Part shown: positions 52,801 to 62,766 of the stretch, one piece after another | Layout: each line of letters begins with the position of its first letter | Position numbering within the stretch: position 1 is the stretch's first letter | Assembly: GCA_051530055.1 (NCBI GenBank) | Contig: CM121341.1 | Coordinates: forward strand, 13,060,784-13,124,783 | Reading direction: 5' to 3' | Source of the DNA: Neoechinorhynchus agilis | Lineage: Eukaryota > Animalia > Acanthocephala | Length of the DNA: 64,000 bases | Position numbers and translations under genes: made by a program | Notes under the pieces: model-generated | Databases searched by the model: none | Told to the model about the DNA's origin: nothing | The model's input: the letters and a program-made list of their open reading frames with translations, nothing else

Positions 52801-55710
52801 CAAACCAGCGTCGTTTTGGTAGTGAAACGTTCAATGTTGCGAAAAAACTAGAGATTTTTCATAGTCTTCGCTTTATCACCCACAGATTCGCTTCAAATTG
52901 ATTCGACGGCGATCGAAATCGTGACGTCGCGAATGCAAACTTATACATCAAATCATTGGTTTGGATCTGAGTTGTTTATTAGTGGAACAATAATCCACAA
53001 TTTGACCACTATGATATATTTTAAATGTTTGTACTTTTGTTAAAAAGGAGTAAAAATTCACTCAAACCCGCGTCTTTTTGGTAGTTAAACGTTCAATGTT
53101 GCGAAAAAACTAGAGATTTTTCATAGTCGTCACTTTATCACCCACAAAGTCGCTTCAAATTTAATCGACGGCGGCCGAAATCGTGACGTCGCGAAAGCAA
53201 ACTTATGCATCAAATCATTCGTTTCGACCTGAATAGTTTATTAGTAGAACAAGAATCCACAATTTGACCACTATAATATATTTTAAATGTTTGTACTTTT
53301 GTTAAAAAGGAGTAAAAATTCACTCAAACCCGCGTCTTTTTGGTAGTTAAACGTTCAATTTAGCGAAAAAACTAGAGATTTTTCATAGTTGTCACTTTAG
53401 TGCCCACAAATTCGCTTCAAATTGAATCGACGGCGGTCGAAATCGTGACGTCGCGAATGCAAACTTATACATCAAATCATTCGTTTCGACCTGAATAGTT
53501 TATAAGTAGAACAAGAATCCACAATTTGACCACTATAATATATTTTAAATGTTTGTACTTTTGTTAAAAAGGAGTAAAAATTCACTCAAACCCGCGTCGT
53601 TTTGGTAGTGAAACGTTCAATATAACGAAAAAACGAGATTTTTCATAGTCGTCACTTTATCGCCCACAAATTCGCTTCAAATTGATTCGACGGCGGTCGA
53701 AATCGTGACGTCGCGAATGCAAACTTATACATCAAATCATTCATTTGAATCTGAATCGTTTATTAGCAGAACAAGAATCCACAATTTGATCACTATAATA
53801 TATTTTAAATGTTTTTACTTTTATTTAAAAGGAGAATAAATTCAGTCAAACCAGCGTCGTTTTGGTAGTGAAACGTTCAATGTTGCGAAAAAACTAGAGA
53901 TTTTTCATAGTCGTCACTTTATCACCCACAAATTCGCTTCAAATTGATTCGACGGCGATCGAAATCGTGACGTCGCGAATGCAAACTTATACATCAAATC
54001 ATTCGTTTCGACCTGAATAGTTTATTGGTGGAACAAGAATCCACAATTTGACCACTATAATATATTTTAAATGTTTGTACTTTTGTTAAAAAGGAGTAAA
54101 AATTCACTAAAACCCGCGTCGTTTTGGTAGTGAAACGTTCAATGTAACGAAAAAACCAGTGATTTTTCACAGTCGTCAGTTTATCGCCGACAAATTCGAT
54201 TCAAATTGAATGGACGGCGGTCGAAATCGTGACGTTGTGAATGCAAACTTATACATCAAATCATTCGTTTCGACCTGAATAGTTTATTGGTGGAACAAGA
54301 ATCCACAATTCGACCACTATAATATATTTTAAATGTTTGTACTTTTGTTAAAAAGGAGTAAAAATTCACTCAAACCCGCGTCTTTTTGGTAGTTAAACGT
54401 TCAATGTAGCGAAAAACTAGAGATTTTTCAAGTCGTCATTTATCGCCGACAAATTCGATTCAAATTGAATGGACGGCGGTCGAAATCGTGACGTTGTGAA
54501 TGCAAACTTATACATCAAATCATTCGTTTCGACCTGAATAGTTTATTGGTGGAACAAGAATCCACAATTCGACCACTATAATATATTTTAAATGTTTGTA
54601 CTTTTGTTAAAAAGGAGTAAAAATTCACTCAAACCCCCGTCTTTTTGGTAGTTAAACGTTCAATGTAGCGAAAAACTAGAGATTTTTCATAGTTGTCACT
54701 TTAGCGCCCACAAATTCGCTTCAAATTGAATCGACGGCGGTCGAAATCGTGACGTCGCGAATGCAAACTTATACATCAAATCATTCATTTGGATCTGAAT
54801 AGTTTATTAGTAGAACAAGAATCCACAATTTGACCACTATAATATATTTTAAATGTTTGTACTTTTGTTAAAAAGGAGTAAAAATTCACTCAAACCCGCG
54901 TCTTTTTGGTAGTTAAACGTTCAATGTTGCGAAAAAACTAGAGATTTTTCATAGTCGTCACTTTATCGCCCACAAATTCGCTTCAAATTGAATCGACGGC
55001 GGTCGAAATCGTGACGTCGCGAATGCAAACTTATACATCAAATCATTCGTTTGGATCTGAATAGTTTATTAGTGGAACAAGAATCCACAATTTGACCACT
55101 ATAATATATTTTAAATGTTTGTACTTTTGTTAAAAAGGAGTAAAAATTCACTCAAACCCGCGTCTTTTTGGTAGTTAAACGTTCAATTTAACGAAAAAAA
55201 TAGAGATTTTTCGGTCGTAACTTTATCGCCCACAAATTCGCTTCAAATTGAATCGACGGCGGTCGAAATCGTGACGTCGCGAATGCAAACTTATACATCA
55301 AATCATTCGTTTCGACCTGAATAGTTTATTGGTAGAACAAGAATCCACAATTTGACCACTATAATATATTTTAAATGTTTGTACTTTTGTTAAAAAGGAG
55401 TAAAAATTCACTCAAACCCGCGTCTTTTTGGTAGTTAAACGTTCAATGTTGCGAAAAAACTAGAGATTTTTCATAGTCGTCACTTTATCACCCACAAATT
55501 CGCTTCAAATTAAATCGACGGCGGCCGAAATCGTGACGTCGCGAAAGCAAACATGCATCAAATCATTCGTTTCGACCTGAATGGTTTATTAGTGGAACAA
55601 GAATCCACAATTTGACCACTATAATATATTTAAAATGTTTGTACTTTTATTAAAAAGGAATAAAAATTTACTTAAAACAGCCTCATTTTGGTAGTGAACG
55701 GTTAAATGGT
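16821..55710. repeat. Satellite DNA array, ~262-bp monomer (260-262), ~148-150 head-to-tail copies, ~39 kb
   Basis: AAATTCGCTTCAAATTGAATCGACGGCGGTCGAAATCGTGACGTCGCGAATGCAAAC... recurs at 33301, 33563, 33825, 34087 (262-bp steps). All monomers share one orientation, with degenerate monomers at both edges. Confidence 0.98.
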
Positions 55711-55753
55711 ACAGAACATGCAAAAAGCAGGAAATCGCCTATATCGGCGTTCT

Positions 55754-58632
55754 CTAGAATTTTACACGTTTATTCGACGTTTTTCTATAATCGCCTTCTT
55801 GATCAGCTAAATCCGCCATGATTCGTTTAACCTTGGCGTTTCTCTCTTCGTCCATACGCCTCTGTTTGTCTAGTTGCATTTTGCCAACCAATTCGGAATC
55901 TCGTTTAATCTGTCGTGCCGTTGACCGTAACTCTCTTTTGTACCTCCTTCGAGCAGCCTGGTCATACTCACGATCAGTGGCTTGGTATCCCGCCTCGAAA
56001 GGCCTGAAACTTCTTTTTATTTTCGGTGTAAACATTTGTATTCCTCTGTAATTGTCAGCAACGGCTTTAATGGGCTTATCGGGCTCATGATAATGTTCGA
56101 TTTGAGGCACGATTGGTATCAACGACGGAATCGTCGTGAACGGCGAAAGGAAGCGTTCCGACACTACTCCGCAATCGCTAATGCATTCAAAGGCAAGCGC
56201 AGATAATCCTCGAACTTTCGAAAGGTATTTTTCATCAATAGATGGATAAGCAGCAAAGAAGGATTTTAGGAACTGATAAATATAAGGCATAAATCGGCGT
56301 GGGGGGTGTACGATTTTCAGAATAGTTGCCAGTGCATAAATGCCGCATTTTCGATATTGGTCGTCCGAAACCAGGTTGAATGCTGAAATCCGTAAGATCA
56401 GGCTTAATCTATTCATGATAGGTGTTGCCAAGGGATGCCCGTAGTCGGTCAAAGAATATATCAAAGAAAGAAGTCTACAGACGTAAGATATCCTATGTAA
56501 TCCTTTTGGATTCATTGTAGCGGATACTTTAAGTTTTTTTAGTACCTTAGTTCGAACTATTTTCAAAGCAATCTCTTGAAATGCATGGGTCAGTTGTTGA
56601 ATTCGCTTGGCCAGTACAAATGATCGGTCTTCGTCTTGCACTTCGAAAAATAAGCGGTAAAGTTCATCGAGTAGGTTTATGATCAAGTCTCGACTTCCAT
56701 TGTTCCGTGTGGACTTGGGATTGGAAGCACTGATTAAAGATCCTATTTGCGAATCCAACAAGTCAGGATCGACGTGAGAATCCAGTCCAAAATCAACATC
56801 ATCTTCGTTTTCTCTTAGTGCCAGTTCAGGACACGCGATCATGATTCACTTTCTCGCGTGTTTCAGCAACCACTGAAACGCAATGGCAAAGATGCTCAAT
56901 TATCTGATTTTTCAAACTTATTTTCGTATAATAAGATTTTTTAATGATATAAACAATTTATGGCGCAAATTTTGTATTTATTTTTAGAGACCTTGGCATT
57001 TTTAGCGACGTTATACGATTTTTATGATTTAAATTAATGAAATATTGTACACAAAGAACAAATCCAATTATTAAAGTCATTGCTATTTAAAAAAAATTAA
57101 ATACTACGCAAATTTTGTATTTATTTTTAGAGACCTTGGCATTTTTAACGACGATATACGATTTTTATGTTTTAAATAAAATATTGTACACAAAGAACAA
57201 ATCCAATTATTAAAGTCATGATCTAAAAAAATTAAATACTACGCAAATTTTGTATTTATTTTTAGAGACCTTGGCATTTTTAACGACGATATACGATTTT
57301 TATGTTTTAAATAAAATATTGTACACAAAGAACAAATCCAATTATTAAAGTCATGATCTAAAAAAATTAAATACTACGCAAATTTTGTATTTATTTTTAG
57401 AGACCTTGGCATTTTTAACGACGATATACGATTTTTATGTTTTAAATAAAATATTGTACACAAAGAACAAATCCAATTATTAAAGTCATGATCTAAAAAA
57501 ATTAAATACTACGCAAATTTTGTATTTATTTTTAGAGACCTTGGCATTTTTAACGACGATATACGATTTTTATGTTTTAAATAAAATATTGTATACAAAG
57601 AACAAATCCAATTATTAAATCATTGCTATTTTAAAAGAATTGCAAAAATAGTTCGAGATTCGGATAGAGAAGGTGAATCTTTAGAGGTCTTACGTTATTA
57701 AATGCTTTGCTCTTCGATTCTGCGTCTGAAATATTGTGATCTACATCTTGTTTCAAATCTTCTTCAATGTCATCGGCGGTAGGGAAGGATCGTATAGTAG
57801 TCACCTGTCCATTCCTGAACATTCTAACTTTTTCAAAATCAAGAGCTTGTCGTAACTGTTCTTCGTCTTCAAGAACCAATAAATCGTTTCCTAGGAGTTC
57901 CCTTTGTTTCTTCGCGACCCTACTTCCGCTTCGCATCCCAATCATAAGCACGTCATAATTCATCGACTTTGCCACAGTTTGGTTTCTTTTTTCAAATCGA
58001 TTAAGCTTTACTAAGCGATCACTAATATGTTTAAACTCATTGTCTAATCCATCGATCATATCAGTGATTTCGGCATTCTCGTCAATACGATCTGCCTTTG
58101 CCTTCTTACTTTTCTCTATGGCTTCTCTGATTGCATCTTTGAATTTTAAATTTTTCTGATCCATTAATTGATCAATATCGTCGTCGTCGTCGCCAACATC
58201 ACCACCGAGATCGGATTCGTATTTGTCACTTACAAATTCTTCAACTTCATAGGACGGTTGCGCCTTTCTCAACTGAGAACTACGTTCAGCCTGAAGACGA
58301 GCAAACATTTTCTGCTCCTCGTTCATTTCATCGAAATTTAAACGACGATCAATGAAGTTATTCGCTCTGTCGACTCGATCAATCTCCGTCTTAAGGACAC
58401 GTTGTCGACTCGCTCTAGCACTCAATTTCGCCTGTGTTGGCCTCCCCCGCTCACCTCTCGGTCGTTTCCCAACATAGTTAAACTTCTTGTGATTGATCTT
58501 CGTCTCAAACGGGTTCTCCTTTGGCTGATGCACGGATTCACAATGGTACCGAAAATGCGCTCTACTACGCTTCCGTGATGACGTACCACTTTTAGTTGAA
58601 CGCGTCATCGTTTCAATCGGATTTGAACACAC
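55754..58632 (-). CDS. NOP14: Nucleolar protein 14 (SSU processome); exon 58632/58608-57694, repeat-filled intron, then 56872(or 56813)-55754
   Basis: N-terminal ENPFETKINHKKF...NNFIDRRL...EEQKMFARL and C-terminal QMFTPKI...RRYKRELRSTARQIKRDSE...MDEERNAKVKRIMADLADQEGDYRK match Nop14 motifs. Donor AAC|GTAAGA at 57694/57693 and acceptor TTTCAG at 56873; an in-frame TGA at 56848-56846 needs explanation (see findings). Confidence 0.9.
56964..57630. repeat. Intronic tandem repeat, 135-bp unit, five copies
   Basis: CGCAAATTTTGTATTTATTTTTAGAGACCTTGGC starts at 56964, 57107, 57242, 57377 and 57512; the inner copies appear identical. Confidence 0.95.
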
Positions 58633-58792
58633 GCCAAAATCATTCGAGGTCTAAAACACGAAAGAATCTACACAATAAACGAAATCGCTCATAGTCACGT
58701 AAAAAATCGGTCCTCTTTTCGACTAGTCTTAAGAGTTGAGAAGTTTCGACTTGGGAAAGTGTTTTCTGTTCTTGTATTTGAGACTTTAGTCG

Positions 58793-60248
58793 ATGCGGCG
58801 AAACAAAAAGCGAAAAGCTTCCGAATCAGACGGCACTAGGCCTAGGCCCCCTTTACCTGCATATGAACGCCTAAGAAATCCGGATTATAATCCAACCTTG
58901 CGAAAACGACTACGAAAAATCGAAGAAGTTATTAGCCAACGAAAAGCTCAGGCACAATGTCGGGCGAACGGTAAATTGTTTTGCGAAATGCCCGTATTCA
59001 GGTATACACGAGTGGCTGGAACGATCTGCGTTGCTGATGATGTTGATTTCGGTCATTTTTAGAAGTTACCATGCTGGGGGTTTTGATAATAAGCTCTCTC
59101 TCTTTTTGAATTGTGGTGAGGATACAACTGGTTAATAGTGATTTAGAAGGACTCAGATGAAGCTAAGCTTCCTCATTCGAGAAATTTCTAAGAGCAATAA
59201 AATGCGTTTTAGAAGTATTGTTTAAAGTCTTAATTCTGTTAATAACCTTTTTTTATTGAAGACGTTAGGCGAACTGATTAAAAGTGTTGCTTAGAAGTCT
59301 TAATTCGGCAAATTCCGGTTGGTTATCTTCACCACACTTTAAGCTTTATCATCCCGATGGATTTTCTCTCGATGATAAGCTTTCTTGTCTATTAGTTGTA
59401 AATTTACAGAGCAACGATAAGGACCATGAGAAATTGTAATCTGATTTTTTATATTATATATCTTTGCCATGGTATATTCTATGACTAAAATAGTCGCTGA
59501 ACATCCGGATGAGTGTACCATGAACACTTTTGCAGTCCAAAAGGGCTTCAATTTTCGATATGAGACATCGGACGAATTTGGGTTAATGAAACTGCACATC
59601 TTTCCTTACTCTAATCAAATCAACGCATATTTCCCAAAATATGTTTCAGGCGAAAACTGTGAGTCCGAATTGAAACCGGTTTTCAACAAACTGATTTCAT
59701 GGGGATGTAAAGAATTGAAGTTGATTAAAGCCCACGTAGTCGACCGACTTGCTTCGGGTTGTTGTGCATTTCAAATGGACCTCGAAAAGGTACACGATTT
59801 AATAAACTCCAAAATGAAGGGACTACTTCATTCTGTTTATGAACTCGAATTCGAAGGGGCGAATTGTTGTTATATTCAGAAGGTCAAGAACGTCGATTCC
59901 ACTTCTAGTATTAAAAATGAAGACTTTAACTGGCCTGTTTTACCTCCGAATTTAAAAGTCCGTGTCTATAAAACGGGATCTTTTGTAATCAATGGATGTA
60001 ATACACCGAGTCAACTTGAAAGATGCGTTGAAATTCTTGAATCTGTCATATATTCATGTCGCATGGACGCGTTGAACAGTCATGATAAGTCGTTCGGAAA
60101 CGTGTTTATTGTTAGAACCATTGAGAGATTCAGTCAAGAGTGGAACGATCCAGAACTGCTGTGTTCGAGAGGAAAACGATGCAATGCTTCTCGTTGTCTT
60201 TTACCGTCGACGTCGCAAATTCTGTCGAAAAGTAAGAAGGAAACTTGA
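58793..60248 (+). CDS. Highly divergent TATA-binding-protein-fold (TBP/TRF-like) protein; proposed exons 58793-59051 and 59494-60248
   Basis: Repeat-2-like VVDRLASGCCAFQMDLEKV...YELEFEG...LKVRVYKTGSFVINGCNTPSQLERCVEIL; repeat-1-like TFAV...LHIF...KLISWG. The missing first strand (PVFRYTRVAGTICVADDVDF) is in the upstream ORF, and the phase-1 donor (59052) and acceptor (59493) are compatible. Confidence 0.6.
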
Positions 60249-60304
60249 GTTCGTTAGTCGTATTTATGCCCGTATAAAACCAACAATATTTTGCAACCGT
60301 CTTA

Positions 60305-60393
60305 TTGTGGTGATGATAAACCCAAGGATAAAACGTATCTTATTAGATTGAGAGATATTTCACGGCGAGGAAGCCTCGCCTCATCAGTCATTG
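60305..60393 (-). ncRNA. Hammerhead-like motif, second family (canonical order), imperfect
   Basis: CAATGA-CTGATGA(60387-81)-GGCGAGG-CTT-CCTCGCC (perfect 7-bp stem II)-GT-GAAA(60361-58)-TATCT. There is a 2-nt insertion before GAAA, and no clean stem III/UH/stem I. Confidence 0.35.
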
Positions 60394-60923
60394 CTCGTAA
60401 GTTTTTTCTAGTGTTAGCGTGACTCAATCTAATAAAATGCGTTTTATTTGGGTGATTATCGTCACAACAATTCAAACTTTATCATACCAAAGGATTTTCT
60501 CTCTATGATCGTTATCTTAATTTGAATCGAAATTCTTAAAATTATTTGCGATTACTATTTTAATCTAACACTGAAAATCACTCAATTCATCACTTTGTTT
60601 AAAAAATTTCAAAAAGGTTTGTCGCAGCCAACAATGTTCCAGTGTCTCTTAATTTACCTTTGATTCAATAAAAAAATTAAAAAATCGATTGTGTCAATAT
60701 AAACTCGACCAAACCATTCCTTCTAACAGGCTCAAGCTTTTTAGTGAAAGTATTCCATTTTTTTTGAAAAAAAGTAAAAACCAATAACAAGTCTGTACTG
60801 TATTGTTGTAAATTTTAATTTTTAGTTCAGGAGTCTTCTTTTCTAAAATTTATATTAGCGAAAACCGACTGTCTGCATTTTAATCCTTACGATTTCCAAA
60901 CCCCTGAAATGTATTAAAAATTA

Positions 60924-61092
60924 GAAGTGTTATTTAGAAGTCTTCACCCGGCAAATAATTTCTTATTAAACACGTTTAGAAAATCGTCGGGTTTATCATC
61001 AGTTCTAAAAGCGAGTAGAACTGATGATGAACCCGGTTAGAAACTTGTTTAATAATAAAATTCTTTACTGGCGAAGACCTAAGTAACACTTC
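60924..61092. repeat. Imperfect ~170-bp palindrome (fold-back element)
   Basis: Inner 20-bp stem CGGGTTTATCATCAGTTCTA / TAGAACTGATGATGAACCCG with an 8-nt loop; outer arms GAAGTGTTA...GTCTTC / GAAGAC...TAACACTTC. Related arm fragments occur at ~59205-59315. Confidence 0.75.
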
Positions 61093-61239
61093 AAATCATA
61101 TACCCATTAAAAATTCCTATTGTGTTGCATTTTTCCAGTCAGCTGCCGTCCTTGTGTAACGGCCGAAAGGACGGATGCAGCGTTCCCCCGTTGCACAGCC
61201 AGACTTATGTTTTGTAGGATTAATGCTCCTTGCGTTCAT

Positions 61240-62510
61240 TTCGGCGTGTCGGCGTGTCGTGAGTACCTTGAACAACAAGGGAGCTGAAGTTCCATAGGCA
61301 TTAACGAAATAGCGAAATGCTTCTGGTACGTGATCTCTATCTACTTCGAGCAAATCTGCTCTGTGAACTGTGTTGAATGCATTTTTGAAATAACATTTCA
61401 AGATCACGCACGGTTTTGAGTTTCCGGTGATGAAAGTTCGAAATGAATGAACAATCGCCTCTGCGCCACAAGGTGTACAGCAGCCTAACTGAGTAGGGCG
61501 AAGCAGCATCCCTACTTTTTTCTGCTATCCTTTTATTTAAACTTTTTGCTGTTAAGCGGCCCATTGTTCCAATTGCAATGGGACGAATCCCACCTTCCTT
61601 GAGCTGATCCGTTAGCAATAGAGGAGATTGCCATCTTCACTTCTGATTTCGATGATAAAGCATAGGGGATCGTATCGAAGGAGCAGGATTTAACGAAATA
61701 CTGCCGACCGCCGTCTCTCGGATGTTTGGAACGAAGAGTTCATAAAGTTTCTTCGTTAGCTTTGGCGAGACTGTAAATTTATGATAAAAGACGAACTGCT
61801 CCTCTGACATCTCCGCCTGCGAGCTTCGAAGAAACGCGTCCAGCGAGCGACCGATTTGAGTTTCGGCGGTGTTCACGCTCCTGGGCACAATCCTTACGTA
61901 ACTCGAATGCTGTCGAAAGGCATTAAGTAAAATTTTCGTCAAAAGAACGTATTCGCTTTATTATTTTTGTGGTCATAGGTCCTTCAGAAACATCACCAGC
62001 GGGAGACGCATCCACGACAACTCTGAGTTAGTCTCGATGGAGTCTGTCAATAAAGATGTGAATTTTTTGCGGCCTGATATCGCGAGCCCCTTGGGATTCT
62101 TTTCAGAACGTTCCTGGGCAGAACTCGCGCAATATTCCTACAAACGGAATTTCATTTTGTACTGGTGATAGGATTCTGACGCACACCATCAATGGACTTA
62201 GCGAATGAACCGGAACCGCCACAGCGTGAATTACGGGGTCCATGGACGCTAAGAACTCCCATTTTCGTCATGGAGAAAATCCCATCACAAACCTCACATA
62301 ATCCTGTTGAACAGCTGTGTCGTGTGGTACCCTTGGCTGACGAGGTTGAAATAATCACATTGACGTGCTCTTTTCACTTGGCTCGTTTTGGGCGGGCAAG
62401 TTTCCGTCTTCATATTATGGTCTAGCATCCACGTTCCGAGCGATCTGTGGTGGAGGCATCGGTGTCCATCGGTGGTGGCGGCATCGATACAAAAACAGTC
62501 ATATTTTGGA
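61240..62510 (-). mobile_element. Decayed, 3'-truncated CRE-clade-like non-LTR retrotransposon (zinc finger plus N-terminal RT motifs)
   Basis: CEVCDGIFSMTKMGVLSVHGPRNSRCGGSG zinc finger; LKEGGIRPIAIG..GRLTAK; PTQLGCCTPCGAEAIVHSFR; LKCYFKNAFNTVHR. These are spread over frameshifted ORFs, and no YxDD motif is retained. Confidence 0.8.
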
Positions 62511-62766
62511 TGAAACATTTTAAATCGAAACTGTTTTAGATTCCCAGTACCTATTTTTTAAGTTTTACTGGCAAGCCGGTATGTTATCATCATTCAATTT
62601 TAGTCAATCCCTTTCTTGTCCGGCAATTTTTAAGAACGACGACTATTATAAATGAAACATTTTAAATCGAAACTGTTTTAGATTCCCAGTACCTATTTTT
62701 TAAGTTTTACTGGCAAGCCGGTATGTTATCATCATTCAATTTTAGTCAATCCCTTTCTTGTCCGGC
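62510..62766. repeat. Direct duplication (115 bp, 142-bp period) covering flank, TSD and SINE tail end
   Basis: ATGAAACATTTTAAATCG...GATTCCCAGTACCTATTTTTTAAG...TTGTCCGGC at 62510-62624 and 62652-62766. Confidence 0.9.

Noticed and set aside
16821-55710. CRISPR array or tandem RNA-gene cluster (5S, SL RNA, snRNA)
   Set aside because: There are no unique spacers and the context is eukaryotic. I found no 5S sequence, no convincing box A/B, Sm site or leader/donor motif, and the stem variants are non-compensatory.
61016-61045. CTGATGA in the 60.9-61.1-kb palindrome as another hammerhead
   Set aside because: It lies within a long stem, with no stem II-GAAA or UH strand in register.
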